62,823 nt of DNA, filler included, from Dugesia japonica (GCA_001938525.1; 5 parts of 5 records of this genome joined end to end with filler, not necessarily neighbours in it), one strand, 5' to 3'. Positions 25,027 through 37,473 are shown, numbered from the whole stretch's first letter. Notes: a model not told the origin generated them from the sequence alone. Numbers and translations are program-made.

Positions 25027-25872
25027 CTTATAATAATATATAGCAATTAATTTTTTGATCGAATCTTCTATGACTGTTTCATTGAAGTGATATTGAGGGA
25101 TATTTGCATTATTACATTTATCATGATATTTCTCATTATTATATTTATCAAATTAAATCTTTAATATAAAATATAGAGAAACCAAACCTTATATTTTATT
25201 ATACTACAAAGATATTTTTTTTAATTTACTGAAATTACCGCGAATTCCAAAAAAATTACTAGTCTATCGGTAATAGAATTTGAATATAATTTATCGAAAA
25301 CCGGTAATGCAACGTAACTCTAACAATTTTCAATTTTACATTTCCAAATTATTGGTAATTTATCATCAGTTTTCTATTTTCTATTTATTCGTTTATCTTT
25401 AGTTTTGGTATATTAGATTTATAAGCATTTGTTATATATTTTTATCTATAGTTTATGTTTCGTCCTTTCCCATAAAATTAAGGCAAAATTAATCAATTTG
25501 GTTTCCTCTTTTTGTTTTAGCCTTCGAAATATTTCTACCAATTTTGATATTTTTAGTTTTGATATCTTTAATTTTTTATTTTAATAACTTATTCTCATGG
25601 ATTTAAGAGAAATTCTAATTATTTAGTCGGGATTTTTAAGTGTTTATATTTGGTTTTTAATTATCTTATTTATTACTCATTGAGTTATTTTTGAATATTT
25701 AAAGCAAAAAATTAAATAATTAAATAAAATTTGATTTAATTTTATGGAAATATAATGTGTACATATATTTTAATTTAGTAATTTGAGCTAAAATTATTTG
25801 TTTTTACTCGATTTTGAAAGTGAGTTGTTTAAATCTTTGATTATTATTTATAGATTATTTAGTAATTTTAAA

Positions 25873-27254
25873 ATGTTTGGATTTATTCAGAAAATATTAG
25901 ATTGGATTAAAAGTTTATTTTGGAAGGAAGAAATGGAATTAACATTAGTAGGATTACAATTTTCTGGAAAAACAACATTTGTTCACGTGATATCTGTAAG
26001 TAAATTTTATAAAAAATAAGTATTTGATTTTATTAGTCTGGTCAATTTACCGAAGATATGATACCAACAGTAGGATTCAATATGAAAAAAATAACTAAAG
26101 GGAATGTTTCAATAAAAGTATGAAAATTATTATTATTTAAATTTATCCGGAGATTTTAGATGTGGGATATTGGTGGACAACCAAGGTTTAGAAGTATGTG
26201 GGAGAGGTATTGTCGAGGTGTTAATGCTATAATGTAATATTATGATTTTTTGCTTATCATATTTTGTTGATAGATATATGGTAGATTCTGCTGATCATGA
26301 TAAAATTGAAGCTGCAAGAAATGAATTACATAATTTATTGGATAAACCTCAGTTACAAGCCATTCCTGTACTCGTTTTAGGAAATAAACGGGATCTTCCT
26401 AATGCATTAGCAGAACATGAGTTAATAGAAAAACTTAACCTCAATCAAATAACAGATCGAGAAATATGTTGTTATTCAATATCTTGTAAAGAACAGGAAA
26501 ATATTGGTTAGTTGTTAGAAAGTCTTTAAAATAGATTAACCATGAGATATTTTTATTGGTTTTTGATTATTCTAAGAAATTAACTTTGCATCCTATTAAA
26601 TTCAATATTTAGTAAATTTGAGAAACCCAATTACTTTTTTATTTCTATTTTAATAAACTAAATATGATTAATTCTATTATATATAAGTTAATTATTATTG
26701 TAAATTAATTAAAATCCCTGAAATACTGGGGGAATTTAAAAATGTAGAAACAATAAAAAGTTTTCTACTGTTTTTTTTGTAAAATCATTGGGTTAAGTTA
26801 AACAATTAATTTGAAATTAAATCACAATAAATTAGGTCTACGTTTTATATAAATTTCAAAGTATAATTTTCAATAATTATGCAATTGATCAGTAAAAAAT
26901 TTCATGTTTTTTGTGTTGCTGTTTTTAGTTATAAGAAATTTGAAATAAATCAATTAACATTCAAACCTTCAATTTATTTAAGTAATTCAATTTACGTATT
27001 ATTTATATTATAGTATTTTCACAATTTTAGAAAAAAATTCCTTCAAAATACTGTTATAAATCTTATTTTATAAACAACAATTATTTCAAGTTGTTCATGT
27101 TTGGTTTTTTAATCCAAGTGCTTTTTCAAATTATTGTGGGTTATTTAAACGTCTAATTTGCGTTTTGAAAATTTAATAAATTCTGAATGTATTTAAAATT
27201 ATTTTAGATATAACTCTACAATGGTTGATGAAAAACTCCAAGTCTGGGCGATAA
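25873..27254 (+). CDS. ARL8: ADP-ribosylation factor-like protein 8 (185 aa); exons 25873-25995, 26037-26117, 26160-26233, 26274-26506, 27208-27254
   Basis: [55 protein letters not shown] and CYSISCK..NIDITLQWL. All introns are GT-AG and the exons sum to 558 nt in frame. Confidence 0.97.
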
Positions 27255-28466
27255 TTTTTTTTGTTTAATTGAATTTGTGATTTATTTATGGATTTCAATG
27301 ACATTTGAAAATTGATTTATGTAGATTTTAATGTTTGTATTTTATTATAAAAACCTAATGTTTATTAATTTTGCATGTATTTATAATTATTAAAGTAATN
27401 NNNNNNNNNNNNNNNNNNNNNNNNNNNNNNNNNNNNNNNNNNNNNNNNNNNNNNNNNNNNNNNNNNNNNNNNNTTGGGATTCTCAATTGTTTTTAGTAAT
27501 AGGTATTAATTTAATTCATTTTGTAGAGAAAATAATCGTCTTTCTATTACTTTTTTAATAATTCAAAATCGTAGTAGTGATACAAAGAAATTGTCACTAA
27601 GTTTACTGATAAAATTACTTAAATAATTATATCTAAAAATGATAATTGTTAATATGTTTCAATAACCACCAGGAATTAAGTTTTCTTGACTTTGTTTGAC
27701 TCAGATCTGTCCTCACTGATCCTACTAGTAGGGGTGCCAATGCCCTTCAATTTGATGGATTTTTAATTCTTTAATCATTATCTCGTAATGTTGTTTTTGA
27801 TGAAAGTCAATTGATCTCTTAAGTGACGTTTTATTATAATGGTTGGGGTTCCATCTAGGTAGCTCAATCTAATTCCATGTCATAGGGTCAGATGACCTCG
27901 TAAAACCCCATGAAGAATTAAATCTAGCGTCCTTATTCTAGATCTTCGCATTGGAGCCGGTGACTCGTAACCCGTTCGAGTGTATGCTCGTATTCCTTTG
28001 GTTCGGGTCAATATTTCAATAATCGCTTTGATTCGTTAAAATTTTCTAGACCGAGCTTACAAGCTATACAATCAATTTTATTTGTCGACGACGATGGAAT
28101 CTTTGTCGTATTCTATCATCTCGTGATCGTTCGTAGGTTTCTTCTGAAATTTGCCGTCGGGATCCCTCCTTTATGCTTTGATATCTTTAAGGATTCTCTT
28201 TCGAATTACTCGTTCGATTATTCTGTGTCTCATGGAAAAACTTGTCTGGTTGATCAACAATCTTTATACATATTTGGGGCACCTTATTAACTTATCTATC
28301 GTTCTCTCTCATAATCATTGTTGGCATAATTGTTATGATTACTCGGATCAAATTCATCATTACGATAGTTGTAAACTTTAAACAAAATGGGAATTCTTAC
28401 AATTCTTCAATTAGTACAATGCAAAATTNTTAATTATATGCAACTGTTCCAACTATCAGATCAAGG

Positions 28467-29467
28467 ATGTATTCGCAAACTATAAACTTTTTTATAGTAA
28501 TAAGTTGTTTACATGTAGTTAATGCGCAATATGAATTTCAATTTAAGATACTACTTATGGAGAAACTAATGCTACGAAGAGGGTATCCTATGTTTTCAGC
28601 GAGGATAACGGCTGCACTGGTATTTCAATATTTAATTTCCTTTTATTATGAATGATATTGTATAGATTATGAAATAGGACATCAGCATCGTGAAGTTAAC
28701 ATCATAAACTTAAAAGGCAATCATAATTACTATGTAGTATTTAAGTATCAACAATACAAGCTGGACGATTGGGTAACTTTGTCTAATATCAAATGGTATT
28801 TAACAACATTGCAGATCAAAAAAGAAAAATATCCTATCTACAATCATGTACAATATTTTCCAAAACATACCCGGATGGAAAGGTAACATAAATAAGATTC
28901 TTTTATCAAGTAATTCGAATTTCTCAAGGATATGATACAGATAGTTCGTGCGAAAGCCAGATTACATCAATAAATGTTATGTATTATCGACGGGAAAGTG
29001 GAAAATATGCTTTATATTTGGTATATTCAGAAGAAATAAAATTAGACCCAAAACGAACTACTGTTAATCAAAAAGTTACAGAAAACATGACAAAAACAAC
29101 GATTACAAGCAGAATTATTGCTAGCTCAACAATTAGTACAGCTATGAGTAGCCCATTGAGTAAAAAACCTATTTTGAAAAGATTGAATGCAGAATTTTGG
29201 AGTGAAATTAAATAATGTCAGGCGGAAAATATCACTGGAAAGGCAGTTTCAAAAGTGATTTTAACAAAATGTAATTGTTCTACAATAATCCCTTGCCTAA
29301 TAAAAAGGGGTGATAAAATGTAAAAGCAAATGCAAATGATAATTGTCATATTATTAACGGTGTTTGGATTTATGGGCGTAATTGCTATATAGTTATGGGC
29401 ACAATACAGGCTGAAAACGTTACGACTTCGTTTCATACCAGAAAATCCACACGAGTTGGATGAATGA
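28467..29467 (+). pseudogene. Decayed type-I membrane protein (signal peptide, S/T-rich stalk, TM helix)
   Basis: Signal-like MYSQTINFFIVISCLHVVNA, stalk TKTTITSRIIASSTISTAMSS, and TM MIIVILLTVFGFMGVIAI followed by basic RLKTLRLR. Interrupted by stops and frameshifts. Confidence 0.5.
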
Positions 29468-30304
29468 TTAAAAAGCCTTGTGACAATTACCAACTAAATA
29501 TAATTGAAAATTCAAATTTAAAAAGTTTTTCAACAGATATATCTTTAATAATTTTGGCATCTGAAGGGTATTTGTCAAAAGTCTCAGGAGGAATATTATC
29601 AATGGATGACATTTCTCTTTCAGTTTACTATGCTTTTCTTCCTCATTAGCTTTTATTGACTTTGATCTAGTAATCATCTCACAAATATGTTGGATCTCAT
29701 TACTTATTAGAATACCATGTTTGCTTTTCATTAGAATTATTCTAGTATTCACCGGTACTTCTTCAATTCGAGGTTCAACATTTGCAAAAGGCGCTTTATC
29801 AATTTTCTCATTATCCAAATAAACACTCACAGTTTCGCTAGTTAGATCCGAATTTCAAAGGTATCGAAAAAGAATCANAGTTGTTGATGTAACATTGAAT
29901 ATGTATTTATCCAGAACTTTGGTTGTGGGCAAAATAGCCATATTGACTTATGATTTAGTGCAATACTTTGCCACATGTCCCTGAAATCCACACGTTTAGC
30001 ATTTTATTGGTTCCTTAAAATTTGATCTTTGTAGATTTGAATTGATTGTATTATTTGAATATCTTTTAAAGTCGTTGGATGCATCAATTCTATCCAATAT
30101 TCTGATATTCTATTTCTTCGATTTTGCTTCTTAAAATAGGAACAATATTTTTCGAATACATATTAATAATTGTTCTTCCAATATAACTTCTTTAATTGCT
30201 TCTATTTCTAGAGTTAATTCTGACGGTAATCTGTGTAGCCATTCTACTTGATTTTCTGACTCGAGCTTTTGTGATGATCAAAATTTCTTTTTCAGTATCG
30301 TACT
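29468..30304 (-). pseudogene. gag C-terminus with CCHC knuckle and protease-like region
   Basis: C*TCGFQGHVAKYC at 29960-30001, then a beta-rich protease-like stretch ending HGILISNE..ITRS. No clear D(T/S)G and no RT. Confidence 0.6.
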
Positions 30305-30788
30305 NNNNNNNNNNNNNNNNNNNNNNNNNNNNNNNNNNNNNNNNNNNNNNNNNNCAAGAGTAACAAATAAGAAAAAATTGGGATAGTGAAGATTTTAAAA
30401 CCTGCAATTAGAAAACTCCTGAATAGATGAATCATCCTTTAGATAAACACCAATGAATTTATTAATAAAGTGGATTTTCCTCACTCTTGAATACTAGGAA
30501 ATCAAGATTTTACTATTTTGTCTAGATTCAAGTTTGGTCAAAAGTCGTTAAATATTCAAATTGAAGTATTTAGTTCAACAAATCATCTCTTAAATGGAAT
30601 TGCGGCAATCTGATCTTAAATCCGAAAAAGATTTGAAACAAATTCGTGTCATATATTTTAAGATACGGAGTCAATAGCAGGATGACATTAAACCAAACTC
30701 ACGATCAAGTATCTCAACATCAANNNNNNNNNNNNNNNNNNNNNNNNNNNNNNNNNNNNNCCAGAAGATAGTTAATCAGGAATCCGTT

Positions 30789-30968
30789 AGTAGTTATAAT
30801 AATACGAATATAATTCAACAAATGCTTTCCTTCTATTCATATTGAAAATTCTCACTTCGTTCGCTGGATTTTCAATATGAAAATTAAAAAAAACTATCTG
30901 CATAATTATATTCGTTTTACAATTTAATATGATCATAATTTAATTATATTCGTATTATTATAACTACT
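30789..30968. mobile_element. 180-bp fold-back MITE with 27-bp perfect TIRs and an internal 14-bp-stem hairpin
   Basis: AGTAGTTATAATAATACGAATATAATT (30789-30815) is inverted at 30942-30968. The internal stem is TTCATATTGAAAAT/ATTTTCAATATGAA. Confidence 0.8.
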
Positions 30969-31831
30969 CGTATTTGTATAAATAATTTTTAAAATAATTG
31001 ATTTTTTAAAAAAATGAAAAAAGGATATTTTTTAATTCAAATAAATGAAATATTATTGATTTTAAAAAAAGCTTATTTTGTTAATTAATGTAAATACATA
31101 ATTAGTAACCGATTTTAAATATAATTATTTAATAGCATTGAAATTGTGAAATTTAATAATCATTTAAATATGATATTTTAAGTAATGCATCTTTGAAAAA
31201 AAGAAATGAAAGCCATTTGATATATATAATTTTTTAATAGTATTATAAATTTTAAAAATAACAAAACTCAAATGTATGAGATGCTGATTAATTTATATTT
31301 TTTTAAGAACCGGTTCTTCACCATCTCAATAATTGTTAATCATCTAATTTACATGCAAGTAATTTTGTAACAGTAAACACGTAAATCAAAGTCATAAACT
31401 CCTGTAATGATCTAACTTAGCAAACTATGCAATTTCTGTAGCATACATAAGCGAGTTATACCAGGAGCTAGTTTGGAGAAAGTAAATTTTCTACTTCAAT
31501 ATACTTTCCTAATAATTATAAACTTTTTTCTATAAATAATACATTTTCATTTTAAAATATTAAAAAATTTATTTGCTTGAATTTTTTTAAAGTAATTTTC
31601 AAGAATTTTTTAATATGAATATATATTAACATTTTAATTAATTGATATAATTAAATTTTAATTAAAAAATTAATTACAATAATTAAAATTAAATAAATTA
31701 ATTAATTAAAATTTTAATTAAAAATAAAAATATTTTATACGTTACAATTGATTCTAAAATAATAATAAATAAAAAAATCTACTACTTATTATTGTAAGTA
31801 GAATTATTTTATGAATTTTAAATAATATATT

Positions 31832-31931
31832 NNNNNNNNNNNNNNNNNNNNNNNNNNNNNNNNNNNNNNNNNNNNTTAATTAATTAANNNNNNNNNNNNN
31901 NNNNNNNNNNNNNNNNNNNNNNNNNNNNNNN
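31832..31931. other. Artificial contig spacer
   Basis: N44-TTAATTAATTAA-N44. Confidence 0.97.
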
Positions 31932-32889
31932 ACCAATCAAATTAAAGGTCATAAAATAAAAAATCAAAGCACATTTGACATACAAAATCTTTTCCATCAC
32001 ATTACTTCTCCAAAAATCCATCTACCAACAAATTCCAACAAATCCATACAAACCTACAGCCCTCCGAAAATCATCCCACGATAACTCATAAAATTGTGCC
32101 CGTGTGCCACCATAGTTGTAGGACAAACCATCCATCCAATCTCATAAGTCCTTTAGACAATATATAGACCAAATTTTTATCCAACATCAAAAAAATTTTT
32201 CAAAACTCCGAAAAAGTTATTTCCAAAATCTCCAGCTCCTCCTCCTCCGTTTTTCCACTCTTTCACACACACACACAAACTCAACTTGACCTAATTTTTA
32301 AAAACCACGTTAACAACCCAAACACATAAAAATTTTAAAATTTAAAAATACACACACACAAACCACCAGGATAAAAAAAATGATCCGATCAAAAAAGATT
32401 TTGATTCGATCAAAAATTTTTTGATCCCAAAAATCTTAGTAAAAAAAAAACAACACAAAAATCATAGTTAAAAAACGCAGCTCAAGCGTAATGTGTTTCC
32501 GAGCCCCCCCGGGGGGGTCCCTCGATAACTGCTTAAAAAATTGTGCCTGAATTTTGGCTGATTGCCAAATTGTGCCCGTGTGCCACTATCCCCCTACTGT
32601 ACATGATTATAATAATGCAATTCATAGTTCTATTAATGTAACTCCGAAAGAATCTAGTGAAAATCCAGATAAAATAAAAGAAATAATCGAAGATCATACG
32701 AAAATGATAACTTTAGTTTTAAACAAAATTTAAAATTAGAGATCGAGTTAGAATCTTTAAATATAAATTTGAAAAAGGTTTTACAGCTAAATGGACAAAT
32801 GAAATATTTATAAAAACCCAAGTTTACAAGACGAAACCTTTTACTTATGGAATTAGTGATTTAGAAAATGAAGAGTTTAGGTAGATTTT

Positions 32890-33306
32890 ATGATGATAAT
32901 TTTCAGAAAACGGTTTTATAAATTTAAAATTAATAAAGCAATAATGTTTAAATTTATTTTAAAAGGTACTTTAGAAAAAGAATTTATTGAAATTGTTAAA
33001 GAAGAATTAATTAAAATTGATAAACAAGAGTTAAAAGAAGAAATTAAACAAGAGTTAATAGAAGAATTAAAAGAAATTTTAAAAGATGAAATCAATAAAA
33101 TAATTCCATCACAACCTGTTCGTCCTAAACTAGTTTCTGATTATATTAATAATAAATATAATGATAAAGAAAGGTATAATAAAACAACATCAGAAATAAA
33201 TAAATTATTATTCCGACATTTTGGAAGATCTGATACTTCTGGTTTGGAAGTGTTCAGCTTGAGGGTATTAGATTGTGTAATAAATAAAATTATTAATGAT
33301 GAGTGA
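32890..33306 (+). CDS. Polinton hypothetical protein (E/K-rich coiled coil)
   Basis: Open 138-aa frame at the head of the + strand gene array. The start may be a later ATG. Confidence 0.55.
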   Translation: MMIIFRKRFYKFKINKAIMFKFILKGTLEKEFIEIVKEELIKIDKQELKEEIKQELIEELKEILKDEINKIIPSQPVRPKLVSDYINNKYNDKERYNKTTSEINKLLFRHFGRSDTSGLEVFSLRVLDCVINKIINDE

Positions 33307-33346
33307 ATGTAATGAAAATAACTATTTATTTTTTTATTTAATAAAA

Positions 33347-33706
33347 ATGAGTAAAACCCCATTAATCTGGAATAAAAATAAAAACTGCTGTTGCAAGTAC
33401 AGTTAGTAATTCAAGATCTGCTCAAGCGCAAGCTCTAAAAAAATAAAAAAGCAAAAAGAAATTGAATTAGTTGAATTACAGAAAAATAAATTACAAGAAA
33501 ATCCAAAAGAGTTAGATAAAACTAGTTCTGGATGTGGACTTAACTTAAAACCTTATCAAGGAAGTACAATTCATAAATATTTTAAAAATAGTTTAAGTAA
33601 TTCAAATCCCCAATTAAAGATTATTACTAAAAACTTTTAAAATGGGATAAAAGTTAAAATAAAAGGTGATGGTTTATATTTAAAACCTTTTAAAAATGGA
33701 CACTGA
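33347..33706 (+). pseudogene. Basic core-like protein with G.GL.LKP(Y/F) motifs, frameshifted
   Basis: SSGCGLNLKPY and IKGDGLYLKPF are motifs typical of small Polinton virion proteins. Confidence 0.6.
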
Positions 33707-34494
33707 ACAAATAACAGAAAGAATAAAACTTTTGAAAGAATTAATTAAAGCTCAAGATAATTATGATAATTTATATACTGGAAATGTAATTGAATGAAGA
33801 ACTTTACAAGATACTTTAACTATTCAACAACTTCCTACTTTTAAAGCAATTGAAAAACCCAGAAGGCCCCAATTAGATGATAAACCTAAAATTCCCTTTA
33901 AAAATAGAATACCATTCTTTACAAATACTAATTTTAATACTGAATTTTGAAAAGTGCCATCAGTTATACCAATATTTTTAACAGAAGCTATTAATGGTAA
34001 AAATTTTCAAAAAATAATTTATCCTAATCTTAGAGGATCTATAACAGAAATATATTTATTTGAAGAAGATGGAAGGAAATACTTTGAAAATAATAAAAAA
34101 TTAATTCCTTATTCTGAAGAATTAATGAATTTAACTTTAGGAAATGGAAGTAATGATCCAGAAGCAATTAATATTTATTTAAACAAATTTTACATTACAT
34201 TTCACCACAATAATAAATATTTTAAATTTTTAACTTGGGGAGAAGTTGATAGTGAAAAAGAAAAACCTAACGAAGAGTATTAAAGGTGAAGGTTTAAACC
34301 CCAAAGGTGATCCCATAACTTTATTTGAAAGATTAACATTATTAATTTCAGCTGTAAAAGCCGGTCATAATAATTTAAACAAAGAAATTAAATCTGTTTG
34401 TAAAAAATTATTAAAACAGGAATTAATTACTCAAGAAAAATATGTTAATAAAAATAAATATTTTTCTCAAATAAAATGTCTCATCAATTTTTAG
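33696..34494 (+). pseudogene. Conserved Polinton protein ending in the DP..L.ERL.LL.....AG.N...EI motif, broken into three frames
   Basis: The C-terminal GEGL..GDPITLFERLTLLISAVKAGHNNLNKEI....L....LI motif commonly precedes the penton gene in animal Polintons. Confidence 0.65.
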
Positions 34495-35182
34495 TTGTTG
34501 GTAAAGAATCTGATCTTAAAGTTAACTTAAGATTTCCAATAGAATTAGATGCCGGAGGTTCCAATTCAGAATATGAAATGGGATTATTATGTTTCAGTTG
34601 TTATAATATTATTTTTAATGTAACTAATAAAAATAATACTTTCTACTGTAATGATAAATTAATAACCAGCTTCGCAAGTGTAACTATAGAACCAGGTGCT
34701 TATGAAATTAAAAAAATATCTAATAAATTGTCAAAGTATAAAATTGAAGTTACAGCAGATCAATCAGCAACAAAATGTAATTTAAAAACAGAAAATACAA
34801 TTAAATTTGATGACAAATCTTTCTTTCATACAATTTTAGGTTTTTTACCAAACCAGTATCCACCAGGAAAATACTATTCAGAAAGTAAATTGATATTTTA
34901 AATATTAATATGATAAATATAATTTGTAATTTAGTTAAAAGTAATTACATTAACGCCAACCGACAAGTCTTACCAATGAATTTATTATATTCGTTTCCAG
35001 TAAATACTGTTGGTTTTGGTTTTAAAATTATAGAAAGACTTTATCCACTAATTTAATCAAGATTAAATTCCAAACGTATTGATTCTTTAAAATTTAATAT
35101 CATAGATGAAAATAATAATACTATAGATTTAAATGGACAAACTATTTCTTTATTAGTTCATATTAGAAAATGTCAGAAATAA
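34476..35182 (+). pseudogene. Minor capsid protein (penton, single jelly-roll), frameshifted
   Basis: FPIELD..YEMGL...YN.IFNV...NN.F, IEPGAYEI, ILGF, then INIICNLV and IIDENN..IDLNG..I...HIRK in shifted frames. Confidence 0.85.
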
Positions 35183-35692
35183 ATTATAAAATCCTACATT
35201 TTTTTAAAAACATTTGAAATAAATACAAAAACTAATTTTGATTTGTATTCTATTGCTAATTTTTTAAATTTAGAACTGGAAGTATTAATGAAAGATGAAT
35301 TAGGTGAACTGCAGTTCTCCTTCCATAATGTAACCTTTAAATATTTAGAAGATGCAAGCTTCTCCAAACATATGGATAAGTGGCGTATGCAGACGCCAGT
35401 TCCCTCACGACTGGAAGGAGTTCCGTTAATTATTAATTATCAAAATTCAAATCAAAAAGGAACTCATTGAGCTGCTTTTTACCAAGGATATTATTTTGAT
35501 TCTTATGGTTTAAAACCATTTAAAGAAATAGAAAAATATGTAAATTTTTGTAATGAAATTCAAGTTCAACCTTTAAGAACAAGTATTTGTGGAGTCTGGA
35601 GTTTAAATTCTTTATATTCACTAAGATCTCACAAATCTTTTGATGAAATAATAAATGAATTATATGAAACTTTTAAAGAATTACTTAAATAA
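35170..35692 (+). pseudogene. Adenain-like cysteine protease with a nonsense codon at the conserved Trp
   Basis: IIN......GTH(W>TGA at 35468), YFDSYG and QVQ...SICG give the H, D, Q and C catalytic set. Confidence 0.9.
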
Positions 35693-36799
35693 ATGAATTT
35701 TTGTGGAGAAACATTAAATAGTCAAAATAATACAGAAATATTAAAACATGTTTCTGCTAAATTAAAATTAGAATCTATTATTAATGAATCAAGGTTTGTT
35801 AATGAAAGTGGAGATGTAATTACTAATTTAAAAATTACTAATGGACCTAAAAATGAATTAGATGCAGTTAATTTAAAATATTTAAAGAGTATTATTATTA
35901 AATTAGAAAAACAAGTTCTTGAGTTAACACTATCCACAAGTGATTTAAACAACCAATTAATAAATCAAAATATTTATATTCATCAACTTTTTCTAAATAA
36001 TAAATCATGGATTAAAGATAAAGCCGATTTAATAATTAAAATAAATAAATTTAAAAAATCTGTTATTAATTATAGAGATAATGTTTGGAGTGCTAAAACT
36101 AAGATTGAAACTGAATTAAATGATATTCTTAGAGAAGTAAAAAATCTTAAACAAGAAATTAATGATTTATCAAGTACTTGTTCTCCAGAAAAATTTAATA
36201 AAATTAATTTAGAAATTATAAAGCTCGAGAAAAAAATCAAATTATTAAACAACCCTTTAATTCTTTTAGTAGAAGAATTTAATAAAATAAAACAAGATCT
36301 TCATATTGATCGTGTTAATGAAATTAATGATTACATTATTGAAATAAATAAAAGGAAGTCTCATGAAAAACTGTGCAAACAAGATTTATTAAACAAGATT
36401 AAAGATATAATTGATAACTATTTTCCTTACTCTGATAAAATAAAATGGACCCAATCTAAAATACTTTTTAAATTATTTACTTTATTAACAAAAAACGAAT
36501 TACCTTATCACACTGTAGTAACACCATTTAAAATAAAAAGAAAAGAAATATTAAAAAGTGTTCCGAATCAGGATCACAAATTTTATTTTCTTGAAGAATC
36601 ATTAGAACTTTATTTTTATTTTGAAAAACCATTAGAACAAGTAAATTTTTTATTTGGGGGTTATTGTGATATTACTATCTTTAAAATCTACATTGCAATT
36701 AATAATAAATTAGAAGAACATGAATATAATTTTACTAAAAAAGATGAATTTAATCTTTCAATAAGTTCTGGGAAACATAAATCAATGGAATTACTTTAA
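35693..36799 (+). CDS. Fibre/spike-like coiled-coil protein
   Basis: ITNL...PKNELDAVNLKY motif, then a long heptad region and a beta-rich C-terminus. Intact 368-aa frame. Confidence 0.5.
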   Translation: MNFCGETLNSQNNTEILKHVSAKLKLESIINESRFVNESGDVITNLKITNGPKNELDAVNLKYLKSIIIKLEKQVLELTLSTSDLNNQLINQNIYIHQLFLNNKSWIKDKADLIIKINKFKKSVINYRDNVWSAKTKIETELNDILREVKNLKQEINDLSSTCSPEKFNKINLEIIKLEKKIKLLNNPLILLVEEFNKIKQDLHIDRVNEINDYIIEINKRKSHEKLCKQDLLNKIKDIIDNYFPYSDKIKWTQSKILFKLFTLLTKNELPYHTVVTPFKIKRKEILKSVPNQDHKFYFLEESLELYFYFEKPLEQVNFLFGGYCDITIFKIYIAINNKLEEHEYNFTKKDEFNLSISSGKHKSMELL

Positions 36800-36918
36800 T
36801 TTTACCACCAAATATTTATATTAATAATATTACAATTTCAAATTAAATCTTTAAATTAAAAATAAATAAAATTGAAGAGGAAGAAATATTAAATGAAGGT
36901 AAAAATATTTATCCAGAC

Positions 36919-37473
36919 TTGGAAAAATATATTAACAAAGACCAAAAATATGCAATTGAAGATTTAAAAACTAAATTATCAAATTTAAGAATAGAAGATT
37001 TTGAGTCTGATCTTTTCTTTATTAATGATAAAATAATCCACTACAAAAAGATTTATAAAAGATGGTCAAGGTTAGATATTTCGATTAGACTTAAAGAAAT
37101 ATTTATTGGTACAATTGTTGGAATAACTGGAACTATATTATTATCTTTAGGAACTTTTGGAATTGGGGTAAATTTAATTCCAATAATTTTAACCACTTCA
37201 GTTTCTTGTATTCCAGTTATTGGAACTTTGAATTCATCTTTAATAAGATCAAAAAAGAAAAGTATAAAAATTTAATTCATGAATTGGAAACTGTTAAAAA
37301 TAAGTTATTTTTATTTCAACAAAAACCTTGAAGTGATGATGTATTAACTAATGAAGAAATATCAACAAGTAAGAATATGGTGAAACAAGTTAAAGATTTA
37401 ATTTCCCATGAAAATAAAAAAGAAGGTAAAAATGAAAATGAAATGTTAAAGAAACTTGAAGAAACAAATTAAT
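36919..37473 (+). pseudogene. Two-TM membrane protein, frameshifted
   Basis: Hydrophobic IFIGTIVGITGTILLSLGTFGIGVNLIPIILTTSVSCIPVI flanked by charged helices. Confidence 0.55.

Larger units (their letters stand above)
27840..30723 (-). mobile_element. Insertion C of the same family (right end not seen)
   Basis: Starts TGGTTGGGGTTCCATCTAGGT and shares TGGAGCCG.TGACTCG and CCTTTGGTT.GGGT blocks with the left end of insertion A. Contains gag-protease remnants. Confidence 0.6.

Noticed and set aside
35468-35470. TGA at the conserved Trp of the protease, suggesting TGA=Trp recoding
   Set aside because: TGG is used for Trp elsewhere, TGA ends a neighbouring ORF (33306), and the locus has many other lesions. 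A G>A nonsense mutation is simpler.
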